From contig NC_086097.1 in assembly GCF_963921235.1 (NCBI RefSeq), forward strand, positions 29,018,001 through 29,082,000: DNA of 64,000 nt, written 5' to 3'. The stretch is from Mobula hypostoma. Lineage: Eukaryota. Position numbers and translations under genes: made by a program. Under the pieces are notes generated by a model that made no database searches, was not told the origin of the DNA, and was given only the letters and a program-made list of their open reading frames with translations. Below, in pieces: positions 10,386 to 22,600 of this stretch; the stretch's first letter is position 1; the number at the start of each line of letters is the position of its first letter.

Positions 10386-13300
10386 TTGTTGTCCTTCAGG
10401 TTTGGCTCAATTACATTTCCAATTAATATTGAAATATGAAACAAAAATGCTGAAAGTAGCAAGTTGGGCAGCATCTATAGAAAGAAAAAAAAAGAGGGAC
10501 TGCATCAAAGACTGTTTGTCAGACCTGGGAAAGAAAGAAAACAAATTAGTTTGGGCGACACAGTGGTGTAGCGGTTAACACAGTGCTGTTATGGCACCAG
10601 CGACCAGAGTTCAATTCTGGTGTCTATAAGAGTTTGTGCGTTTTCCCTGTGACTGTGTAGATTGTCCTGCAGCTACTCTGGCTTCCTCGCACATCCTGAA
10701 GACATACAGGTTAGTTGGTTAATTCATCACCTGGGTGTAATTGGGTGGCACAGGCTGTTGGTTCAGGAGGGCCTGGTACTGTGCTGTATCTCTTAATAAA
10801 AAGTTTTAGGTTGCAGAAAAAGGTGGGGGATAGGTGGAAGGGACAAAGGGAGGAGATAAGTTAATAGAGTCCTATGGTCAATGTGTAAATGGGAACAATT
10901 AGAAAGTAAATGAACAATGAAGAGAGCATATAGTGATTGAGAGGTGTAGAATGCTGGTTCACCTGTGCTTGTGGAGAGAAAATTGCTGAGCCAACGACAC
11001 AGGTGAATGTTGAGGTAGCAGTTAGCATAACACTATTACAGCACCAGTGACTGGGGTTCAATTCCACAGCTGTCCGTAAGGAGCTTGTTCTTCCTCCCCA
11101 CGACCGCGTAGGTTTCCTCTGTACACTCCGGTTTCCTCCCACATTCCAAAGGCGTACAGGTTAGTAGGGAAATTGATCACGTAGGTGCAATAGGGTGGCG
11201 TGGGCTTGTTGGGCCAGGCAGGAAAAAGTAAGATGGCAGAAGCTGTAGAATTAGATTTGCATCTGGAAGGCTGCAGTGTGCCCAGGGACGTGGGAGAGAT
11301 ACCTCGTTCACTGAGGCATGAGTATTGGCACTGGGGGAGAACTTACATTGGGAGAGGCTTCATTTGAAACGTGCTGGTACTAGTAATTGGATGTAATGTG
11401 TAACTAGATAGCATTCAATTAATTGGAGTTAGGGTGAGGGTTCAAGTGATAAAAAGTTTAAAAAGGAGATGAGAAGATTGGCACGGGATAGTGATGTAGA
11501 ATATAGAAGAGTACAGCACAGTCCGGGTCCTTCAGCTAATGTTGTGCCTACCGGTAGATCATTCTAACCAATGTCGCCCTCATAACCATTCTTTTCTCAT
11601 CCGTGTGCCAGACTAAATGTCCCTGATCTGTCTATCTGCCTCTACCATCACTCCTAGTATGGTAATCCAATCACCCACCATGTCTGTGTATTTTTAAGAA
11701 AAAACAGCTACCTCTGAATTCCTCCCTGTACTTTCCTCTGATCCATCTTAAAATTACCCTCTTGTCTTAGCTATTCTTACCCTGGGGAAATGTTTCTGGC
11801 TGCCTACACGATCTATGCCTCTTGTCTGGTACACCGCTATCAAGTGAAAGAAAAGTATGACAGGAAGGGCCAGAAAATAGATGCAATTGTTTGGCAGAAA
11901 TTGAATGAAGTAAAAGCTATAACAGCCCAAAGCTTGAGGCTCTTTACCCGAAAGAAGGGGGACATTTGTAATAAGACATATGAGTTGGCAGCACAAGTAG
12001 AAATAAATGTTTTTGATTTTATCTCTGTGGATAGGTTAAAACAGGCACCCATTATAAGCTCTCTGACTCCCACAGCTGACCAGAAAGTGCTTGGTAAGAG
12101 AGGTAGGGGGTGGGCTGAGAGGTCTGGCTTTAATCACAGTGATCCCCAGAGCTGGATAACCTTTCTGACGCGCCCCTCCGGTTAACTTCTCAATGAACAA
12201 CAGCCATTTTGATCTCAGATAAGGGTTGAGACCTTTGACCAGTTTTCATGTGGTTGGTGATTGACATCCATCTGTCTCGAAGGACAATGGGTGGTGGTGA
12301 TCATCATCAGAAGCCTGGGCGGAAGGTATGGAGATCCTGAGATGCCCAGTTGTCAAGATTCCCCTTTTGGCCTCACCAGTGTAACCCAAAGGAAAGCTTA
12401 TGAAGCAGTACATTTGGCACCAGCTTGGCTGCAGGAGCTGCCAGAAGGATGTTCAATGATGTGCAGCCACCTTAAGGCCTCCACTCTGCATTTGCTGTCT
12501 GGGTTTACTCCCATAGCCTTTGTCTCTCCCGAGGCTGCCCACATAGCTGGGGATCTGGTTCATGAGCACCAGAGTATGTCCACAAGCCAGTGGGCCTGCA
12601 TGCTATGTGTGCAGGGGCCAGACCTCCTCCCTGTCCTGTATAATTCAGCCTGAGTCTGAAAGGAGTTCAGTTTCAGTTTGTGCCAGCAAGGAAGCATGAC
12701 ATGAAGTTTGCTGTTAGAGAGGCGATGTATTGGCAGAGAGAGACTTATACATTCAGCTCTCCTTTTCACAAGACCACTAGTCAACAGTGGAAGCTGACAG
12801 TGAGAGCAGCAAGCACTACCTACTACACTACCACACTAGACGTGTCACAACAGCCATTTTGACATCAGTTTTCATGTGCTGGGGTTGTAATGAAGCATGA
12901 TGTAAGCACAGGGTACTTTTGAGGCAAGAAGCAGGAGGGAAATGAGGGAAAACCTTGCCAAGAATGAAGGTCTGCAGTTGAATGGAGCCTCACGGGCTGC
13001 ATGCCTTCAAGCAGTGTCAGTGTGTGGCTATGCTTGTGATACCCAGCCTCTACTTGGCTCCTTCCACCACTGTACTGTTTGCGGTAGCTGATCGAAACTT
13101 AGCCACATGGAAGTTGCAACTGGGAAATAGGAAAGTCCTGATTTGTACAGCAAACCTTCAGGAGAGCGAGTCCAAGAAGATCCAAGTGACTGTCACCTTC
13201 CTGATGCAGTGTTTTAGACTGCAAACAATTAACTACATCTTCAATGGCTAAGATCACCTACTTTACTATTTTGAATATAGTCAGGTAAGTTTACTGAGTT

Positions 13301-14390
13301 AGATATTTACAGTGATAGCATATCCAATTAGCAGAACCCCTGTGAATATTGATTACTAGTGTCAGTTCCAAAAGCCTCTTGAGTGTACACTGCAGACACC
13401 CAAAATAAACCCCTTTTGTTACAGTGTTAAAAGATGGCTCCATGAATATACAACAGGACAGAATAGTGAATGATGAAACAGATTTGTCCTAAAGTGCATT
13501 AAATGTTGGGGATAGGCAAGTTTAACAGTGTGCTAGTAGCAGGAATGTACAGTAGAACATAGAACATAGCAGCATAGGACAGACCCTTTGGCCCACAATG
13601 TTGTGGCAGCCTTTTAACCTACTCCAAGATTACCTCTTCTCTCCTACAAAGCCTCCATTTTTCTATCATCCTTGTGCCTATCTAAGAGTCTCTTATAAGT
13701 CCCTAATGTGTCTGCTTGTCACGCTTGGCAGGGGCTTCCATGCATCAACAACTCTCTGTTGATATTAACAAAAAACTTACCTCTGACTCCCCAATCCCCC
13801 AAACTTCCATCTGGCTATTCATTTGATCTCTGCCTTTTGTCAGCTTGTACAGCTCTATCAGGTCACTTCTCATCCTCCTTCACTCACTGCAGAAAAGCCC
13901 TCGCTCACTCAACATATCCTCATAAGACATGCAACTCCTGAATAAATTGGAAGGATATTCTTAACACTAATTTTTTTTTTAAGTTGAACTTGTAGTTGGC
14001 TATTCAGCTCTGTGGACAGTACTTGCCATTATCACTGGGTTACAATCCTGTCTGATGTGACATCGTTTTCCAAATATATACTGAGTACATCCAGCTCTAC
14101 CACACCACCACCTCTGTTGACCCCCTTCTCTGTCTGTAAATTATCAAACTGTGTATTTGATGGGTGGAAATTTGCTCTGACTGTAAGGAACACAGAAGTC
14201 GGTGGATTTGGTAATTGTTATAATGTAAGATCCTGGGGGACTTCCGGTAGCACTCATGGAGTGAAGTCGCGTTCTTGACTCGCTCCATTACCTCTGAGTT
14301 TTTTTTCTTATGATCAGCTATATTTTAATTAACCATTAAGGCATCAACTTTTACAATACTTTGAAATAAATTGGGCTCTTCGATAACTGG

Positions 14391-15290
14391 ATGCGTTTAA
14401 GGTCTGCTATGTCTAAGAATGGGAAAAATGGGAAGGATGGCAAACCTCCGGTTAAACCGAAAGGTATTGATTTCCCCCCGACTGAACCACCGGTGACTTT
14501 GAAAGCTATATCGGAGTTAATTCAAAGGGAAATTTCAACCTCTGTTATGGAGCTGATTCGTGCGGAAATTTCAACCTCTGTTACGGAGCTGATTCGTGCG
14601 GAAATTTCAATTAATTTCCAGAAAATTGCCGATTCAATCGATAAGATACAAACATCTATTACGGAACATCAGTCGGCTATATCTGATCTTCAAAAATCCA
14701 CGCAACAAAGTGAGCTTAAGATGGGGAAAATCGAAGAAACAATTAATGTAATGAAGAAGAAACTTGACTTTCTGACCTTTAAAAACTCTGACTTAGAATC
14801 TAGAGTGCGACGGCAGAATCTACGAATGATCGGGGTGCGTGAAGCTGTTGAATCTGATAACCCTATGAAGTATTTTTCTCAACTTTTAAAAGATGCATTT
14901 CCTACTGTATTTCCTGACCAACCACCGCTATTGGATCGCGTTCACAGAGTTCCATCATACTTGCTTAGGTCAGATAAACCTCGACATGTCATTTTACGGT
15001 TTCATTACTTTCAAGACAAGGAGAAACTGTTTCGATTTGTTCGACCTAAAGGTTTCATTGATTTTTTGGATCTTAAATTCCGATTCGTGGAAGATTTCAG
15101 TAAACCAATCCGGGATCAACGGGTTCGTTACAGATCTGTGATGTCGGAACTCTACAAGATGGATTTAAAACCAGCGCTTCTTTACCCTGCACGTCTAAGG
15201 AGTCGTACGTTGGATGGAGCCCTCCGTTTTTTTGACTCTCCATCGGATGCCCAGAGTTATCTGGATCAATTTTCACCTTCAACATCTTAA
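14391..15290 (+). CDS. L1 ORF1p (coiled coil plus RRM/CTD), intact frame
   Basis: 299-aa ORF with LESRVRRQNLRMIGVRE, DRVHR, PRHVILRFH and LLYPARLR motifs; start could be 14409. Confidence 0.85.
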   Translation: MRLRSAMSKNGKNGKDGKPPVKPKGIDFPPTEPPVTLKAISELIQREISTSVMELIRAEISTSVTELIRAEISINFQKIADSIDKIQTSITEHQSAISDLQKSTQQSELKMGKIEETINVMKKKLDFLTFKNSDLESRVRRQNLRMIGVREAVESDNPMKYFSQLLKDAFPTVFPDQPPLLDRVHRVPSYLLRSDKPRHVILRFHYFQDKEKLFRFVRPKGFIDFLDLKFRFVEDFSKPIRDQRVRYRSVMSELYKMDLKPALLYPARLRSRTLDGALRFFDSPSDAQSYLDQFSPSTS

Positions 15291-16000
15291 TTGTAATTTT
15301 TTTAACTATCTCCGTTGATCGGAGGCTGTGAATTTGTCGGTCTTAATTTTTTTTTGCCCTATTTGGGCAGAAAAGTTTATTTTTGATTACTTAATATGGT
15401 TGCTAAACTTTCTTTTTAACTGCGTCATTTCTTTCTTTTTCCCAGGGGATTCTGGGTGGTTACTTCCTTATTGTCATTTTACGTATTTTCTTTGTGGCCT
15501 TAAATTTTGTAGTTTTTTTTTAAATCTATTTTGTTTTGTAGGTTTTTATAACTAGTTAATGTTAATAATCTTTTTTTTGTTGTTCTGTTTATTCATGGGT
15601 CTGGGGTTTATTGCGGTTTTTTTAATATATTTTCTGGCTTTTATTCTGTTATGTGTTTATTTTAATTGAGTTATCTTTTTTTTATTCTTTTACTGTTTTA
15701 TTATCAGCTGATCTTTTTTATATTTACACTTTTTTTTAGGGAGCGTATACCGGAAGTCATGGGGGTAGTTTTAGTGCTTGCTTCTTTCGGGCTGGTCTGC
15801 GTTAGATTTAGCCTTGGGGTCATGGGGTGGGGGGTGGTGGGAGGGGCTTCACGTTTTAGTTTCTTTCTTCTTGGGCTATATACATTATTGAAGTATTGGT
15901 TGCGTTCTTCCCGGTATCTCTTGTATGTTCTGTTCCCTCTCCGGGTTCGTGGGTCGAGCCTATCGTCAATCCTCCTTGTTGTGGGTTGACTTTAGGGTTT

Positions 16001-19000
16001 ATGGAGTCTATTATTAATTTTGTCTCCTGGAATACTAATGGTCTTAATCATCCTATTAAAAGGAAAAAAGTTTTTAAAGTGTTCCGGAGACTTAAAGCAC
16101 AAATTTTATTCTTACAAGAGACCCATGTGCGGAGGGGGGACAGACTACGTTTTTTTAAATTCTGGAAGGGACAACAGTTTCATTCGAACTCCAATGCTAA
16201 GATTCGAGGCGACTCTATTTTTATAGACTCCTCAGTTACTTTTATACAACATGATATTATTTCTGATCCGAATGGTAGATTTCTATTGGTTAGTGGTTTA
16301 CTATTCAATAAAAAAGTAGTTTTGGTTAATGTTTATGCTCCTAATATGGACTGTCCGGAATTTTATAAATCATTATTTAATCAGTTTCCGAATTTGAATG
16401 AGTTTTCATTGATCTGGGGCGGAGATCTTAATACCTGTTTGTCTCCAGCTTTGGACCGTTCGGCTCCTTTACGGACCTTACCTAATAAATCTGCAACTTT
16501 GATTAATTCATTCCTTTCTGATTCTGGGTCGACGGACATTTGGCGCTTTTTGCATCCTCAGGAAAAAGATTTTTCTTTTTTTTCACATGTTCATCATTCC
16601 TATTCAAGAATTAATTATTTCTTTATTGATTCTCGTCTTATTTCCTCAGTGATTAAATGTGATTATGATTCTATAACCATTTCGGATCATGCTCCACTTA
16701 AGCTTTCTATTAAAATTCTGGCCAATATACAAAATAATAGACAATGGCGTTTTAATTCGCTGTTGCTTCAGGACTCGGACTTTGTTAACTTTATGAATGA
16801 ACAGATTGATCTTTTTTTTACAATTAACCATACAGAGGATATTTCTGTTAACACTCTTTGGGACACTTTTAAAGCTTATATTCGTGGTCAGATTATCTCG
16901 TATTCTGCTGCTTTGAGGAAGAAGCAGAAGCAGGAGGAGTTGGTAATTGTGGACAAGATTAAGGAAATTGATAAGAAATATGTTATAGCTCCTTCTGAGG
17001 AGTTATATAAACAAAGAACTGAACTTCAAATGGAACACAGTTTATTACTCTCGTCCTCGATTGTAAACCAATTAAAGAAAACAAGAAGTGAATTTTATTT
17101 ACACAGTGACAAAATTGGCAAACTGTTGGCTAATCAATTGAAGTCTAATTATGGTAAATCTCAAATTAATCAGATTTATAACCAAAATGATCGACTGATA
17201 CTTGATCATGTGGGGATTAATCAAACCTTCTGTGATTTTTACTCTTCCTTATATCAATCAGAGTCTCCTCGAGATTCTAAATATATGAATGATTTTTTTA
17301 GGTAATTTAGACTTCCCTGAGATTTCACAGGATATGGCTTCTATGTTAGATACTCCCATTACCATGGATGAGATTAAGAATGTTATTTTCTCTATGAATT
17401 TGGGGAAAGCTCCTGGCCCTGATGGGTTTACCGTAGAATTTTATAAATGTTTTGCTCCTTCATTAATCCCTTGGCTCTGTAGGGTTTTTGAGGCTTCATT
17501 GAAACTTGGTAAACTTCCTGAATCTTTTAATAGAGCGTCAATTTCTTTAATATTAAAGAAGGATAAAGATCCTGCTCAATGTGCATCTTATAGACCAATA
17601 TCTTTATTAAATGTTGATTCTAAAGTTTTTTCTAAGGTATTAGCAAATAGATTAGAAAAAGTACTTCCCTCTATTATTTCGGAAGACCAAACGGGTTTTA
17701 TTAAAGGTCGTTACTCTTTTTATAATATTCGTACACTGTTAAATATCGTTTATACTCCCTCACAAAATGTTCCTGAATGTGTTATCTCTTTAGATGCCGA
17801 GAAAGCTTTTGATAGAGTAGAATGGCCTTATTTATTTAAGGTGCTTGAAATGTTTAATTTTAGCTCGAAATTTATATCCTGGATTAAACTCTTATATTAT
17901 TCTCCTGTGGCCTCGGTCCGTACTAACTCTTTAAGTTCACCTTTTTTCCCTCTTTTTCGAGGTACTCGACAAGGTTGTCCTCTTAGTCCCTTATTATTTG
18001 ATATTGCATTAGAACCTCTTGCAATTGCCATTCGAGAATCTCCAAATATTACTGGGATAACTCGGGGCTTAAAGTCCCCTAAATTATCACTCTATGCTGA
18101 TGATTTACTTTTATATATTTCTAATCCTCAAAAATCCATCCCGGCTGTTTTAGAGTTATTAGTACAATTTGGTCTTTTTTCAGGTTATAAATTAAATCTT
18201 AGTAAGAGTGAACTCTTTCCGATTAATAAACAACTTCCCTTATATTATAAATTTCCATTTAAATTGATTAATAATTATTTTTCATATCTTGGGATTAAAA
18301 TTACTTGTAAATACAAAGATTTATTTAAGACTAACTTTTTACCATTAATAGACCATATTACTCAACTTTCATCTAAATGGTTTCCTTTATATTTAAGCAA
18401 CATACATCAAAGTTGCTGGTGAACGCAGCAGGCCAAGCAGCATCTATAGGAAGAGATTTAACTTTGATTGGTCGTATTAATGCAGTTAAAATGTTTTTTT
18501 TGCCAAAATTTTTATATATATTTCAGGCATTACCAATCTTTGTTCCAAAATCTTTTTTTGACAAAGTTGACTCTAAAATTTCTTCATTTATTTGGCAGAA
18601 TAAAAACCCGAGACTGGGTAAAATACATTTACAGAAAGCTAAGAGAGATGGAGGCTTAGCATTACCTAACTTTAGATTTTATTATTGGGCAATTAATATT
18701 CGACATATGAAATTCTGGTTACTGGACCAGGATATACTATCCATTCCTAAATGGGTAGTATTGGAATTACAATCTGTTCAGGGTTTTACACTTGGCTCTA
18801 TTTTAGGTTCCTCTCTTCCTTTTGATTGGAAACGCCTTAAACAGGTGTCTAACCCGATAGTTAAATATACCTTGCGTATTTGGTTTCAATTCAGAAAATT
18901 TTTTGATCTTAATCAATTTGGGTTAGCGATTCCTATTTTAGGTAATATTTTTTTCTCCCTCTTTTACGGATCGTGCTTTTCAAATTTGGAAGACTAAGGG

Positions 19001-19840
19001 TATTTCACGGTTTTTGGATTTATTTTTAGATAGTTCCCTTATGTCTTTTGAACAATTATCTAATAAATATAACTTATCAAGAATACATTTTTTTAGATAT
19101 CTACAAGTTAGAAATTTCCTAAGTACTATACTTTCTTCCTTTCCAATGCTTCCTCCTACATACATTTTAGATACTATAATCAATCTTAATCCATGTCAGA
19201 AAGGTGCATCGGCTATGATTTATAATATTATTATGAAACTTAGGAAAGCTCCATTTGATAAGATTAGGGTAGATTGGGAACAGGAATTGGGGTTTACCAT
19301 TTCCGTGGATGACTGGGGGCAGATTTTACAATTAGTCAATACTTCCTCTATCTGTGCTAAACATTCCCTAATTCAATTTAAAGTTGTTCATAGAGCACAT
19401 ATGTCCAAAGATAAGTTAGCGCGCTTTTATTCTCATATTAATCCTTTTTGTGATAGATGTCCGGGGCAGATAGCCTCTTTAACTCATATGTTTTGGTCTT
19501 GCCCTACTTTGGAAACTTTTTGGAGAGACATTTTTAATATTATCTCCAAGGTATTGAATATAGATATCTCTCCTCACCCTATTACTGCTATCTTTGGACT
19601 ACCTAAAATTTCCAGTAATCTCTCCCCTTCAGCCCGTAGAATGATTGCATTTCTTACTTTAATGGCGAAAAGATGTATCTTACAACATTGGAAAGAGCTT
19701 AATGCTCCAACTACCTTTTTTTGGTTTTCTCAGACGATATTATGCTTGAATCTGAGAAAATTAGAAGCAATCTTTATGACTCCTCATTTAAATTTGAACA
19801 GACTTGGAGATCTTTCATTCAATATTTTCATTTAATGTAA
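16001..19840 (+). pseudogene. L1 ORF2 (APE endonuclease, reverse transcriptase, CCHC knuckle), disrupted
   Basis: SWNTNGLN, LQETH, GDLN, SDH; KAPGPDG, RQGCPLSP, YADD; CDRC...HMFWSC; frameshifts near 17300, 18955 and 19755 and a 59-nt insertion at 18397-18455. Confidence 0.93.
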
Positions 19841-22236
19841 TATATACCCTTCTTGTTTTTTTTTACTGTTTTTAATGGAGGTCGGGATTGAGGACGTGAT
19901 TTTAAGTTTAACTCTGTTTGGTTTCAAGTTAGCCCATTGCTTTGCTTTGCTTTTAGTTAGTTGCACGGTGGGTTTTTTTTGGGGGGGGGGTTTCCTTTTC
20001 TCTATTGATATATAAATAAAATTAGTATACTATTATGTTACCTTGGTATGTTATGTTTAAATTACATTGTTTGTAGTATTTTTTTTTGTATTAATATCTT
20101 CTGTAATTTTATTATATTCTAACAGTGTATTAGTGTCTATATGGCTTACCTTTTTGTATACTTATTTAATAAAAAGATTTAAAAAGAAAGAAAGAAAGAA
20201 AGATCCTAAGAAACAGGAGCAGGTGTGAGCCAACTGGTCTGTAGAGGTTGCTCTGCAATTCAATAAAATGATGGCTGATCTTGCTGTGAACTCAGCTTCA
20301 CCTACCTGCTTTTTCCCTATAACTCTTAAACTGGACAAGAATCTATCATCTAAATGTGTCTTAAATATATTTAATGAAACAGCTTGTACTACTTCCCCGG
20401 GCAGAGAATTCCACAGATTAATTTCTCTCTGGGAAAAGTAGCTCCTCCTCTGTCCTCAGTCTACTCCTCTGAATCTTGAGGTTATGTCCCCTAGTTCTAG
20501 TCTCACTTAACATAGAACACTATCGCACTAAACTTTTACTAAAGTCGCTTATTCAACCTCTCTAACACTGCTCGACTCCACTCTTGCCTCTGCCTAACTG
20601 CTGCTAAAGATTTAACTGGCTTTCTCTCAGATTTTATCCTCTGTAGACCTAGGGTCGTCCAAAGCACAGCTGCTCCTGTTGTAACAGAGTCTAGCTGAAC
20701 TACACTGACTGCCACTTAAGTATTATTTCTGTTTAAAAATTATAAACAAGAATGTGAAACCTCTTCAATTATTTTGGCCTTCTCAACATCCATAATCTCT
20801 AGTTGTACTGTGCAGAATAAGGGCCATTGGTTCATCATGTCCTTGCTAACTATTGCATCCATGTAAACTAATCCCATGTACAGGACCTGCATTAGGTCCT
20901 TAGACATCTATACCTTGCTAATTGAAAAGTTTGTTTTTGCTGTTTCTGAAATGTTTGAGACCATCATCTCAGGCAGTGCATTCCAGATTTCAATCCCTCT
21001 CTGTGGGGTTGAACAGTAGAAATACACCCTTGCATTCCTCTAGACTTCCCACGCTCACCTTAAGTCTCTTGTCTCAGACACCCTCACCATGGGGTAGAAA
21101 GATCCTTCCTCTCCGTCTTGACTATGTCTCATAACATTAGACTTCTCCCTTTATAATCTCTGTTCTCCTCTAACTTTGGTCTCTGGAGTATCCCTAAATT
21201 TGACCACATGGGTTTCCTCTGGGTGCTCTGGTTTCCTCCCACATTCCAAAGACGTACAGTTGAGGTCACTAAGTTGTGGGCATGTTTGTTGGCGCCAGAA
21301 GCATAATGATACTTGGAGGCAGCACCCAGCACATCCTTGGACTGCTGGTTTTTGCATTTTGCTTCTAGAGTAAACAGTACACATAGCAGTAATAAATGGG
21401 CAGTTCAGTAGCATAGCAGTTACAGCACCAGCAAAGCAGGTTGAGACTTGCTGCTGAATGTAAGGAGTTTGCCCATGACCTTAAGGGTTTCCACGGGATG
21501 CTCCTGTTTCCTCCCAGGCTCCAAGGATGTACAGGCTAGAAGGTTAATTGGTCACATGAGTGTAATTGGGCAGCACCGGCTGGTTGGGCTGAAAGGCTGA
21601 ATCTCTAAATAAATAATCACCCCACCATTGACAGCTGTGTCCTTCAGCTGTTGGATTGCTTCCCAATGCTTCCTTCAAGATGTTACTTAAAACTTGCTTC
21701 TGGTCAGTTAACTTGGCACTGTGACAAAATTTTGCCGGGAAAATGCTCCCGTAAAGCACCTTGTGTTCAATGTCTTTACTGTCTCTTATGTCAGTACTAG
21801 CTTATATCAGTGTCTGCTCGCTTCAGCACAGTGCCTGGTCGATGCAAACATGTAGGCGTTGGGGCAGCGTGGTAACGTAACAGCGCATCACCTTACTCGT
21901 GACTCAATTCCCACTGCTGCCTGTAAGAAGTTAGTATGTCTCCTCCCCCCCCCCACCCATGATCACATGGGCTTTCTCTGGGTTCTCTGGTTTCCTCCCA
22001 CATTAGTTAGAGTTACTAAGTTGTGGGCATGTTTTGTTGGTGCCAGAAATGTGGCGAAGCTTGCAGGCTGCCCAGCGCTACCTACATTGATTTGATTTGA
22101 CCCAAAATTACACATTTCACTGCAGGTTCCAATGTACATGTGACAAATAAAGTTTATCCTTAAAGACATAAATTTTAAATTGCTACTCAGTCCTCAGCTC
22201 CTGTGACAACCTAAATATCTTCTATTTCCCTATCAG

Positions 22237-22306
22237 ATTATGTGCCTGCAGGAAGTTCAGGAAAACCATTACTATCAGCAGTTTCGGCCAGCTCTCCAGC
22301 TAAGGG
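22237..22306 (+). CDS. ANGEL1: ANGEL1 exon 4 (IMCLQEVQENHYYQQFRPALQLR-G)
   Basis: Acceptor TTTCCCTATCAG; donor G|GTGAGT; metal-binding CLQEV motif; 70 nt, phase 0 to 1. Confidence 0.95.
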
Positions 22307-22319
22307 GTGAGTGACCCAA

Positions 22320-22600
22320 AATGAACTGGAATTTATTTTTGCTACCTCCCACCTTCTTATTCTGGCTTAACCCCTCACCTGCCAGTTTGTACTCCTTTTC
22401 CTCCCACCTTCCCCCTCATATTCATTCCCTCCCACCTTCTTATTTTGGCTTATTCCCCTTTCTCTCCAGCCCTGATGAAGGGTCTCAGCCTGAAACTTCA
22501 CCTGTTTACTCCTCTTCACATATCTGAGCATGTACTCTCCGTAGATTTGCTGAGTTCCTCCAGCACTTTGTGTGTGTCACTTTGGACCTTCAGCATATGT
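22320..22600 (+). mobile_element. Penelope-like terminal repeat fragment with a degenerate hammerhead core, just after exon 4
   Basis: CTGATGA-AGG-GTCTCAG-CCT-GAAAC at 22472-22496 followed by TGCTGAGTTCCTCCAGCAC. Confidence 0.6.

Larger units (their letters stand above)
14235..20199 (+). mobile_element. Full-length L1-clade LINE (~6 kb), sense orientation in intron 3
   Basis: TSD AAGATCCT at 14227-14234 and 20200-20207; 5' GGGGGACTTCCGG; ORF1, spacer, ORF2; AATAAA at 20168 and (GAAA)n tail. Confidence 0.95.

Noticed and set aside
11790..12185. 131-aa ORF in intron 3
   Set aside because: Starts in a CR1 fragment and has no recognisable domain or splice context.
22468..22505. Other hammerhead-like cores (22472, 53043, 55073, 10317, 54251) as active ribozymes
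   Set aside because: Each has lost part of CTGANGA, the ACGT palindrome or stem I pairing.
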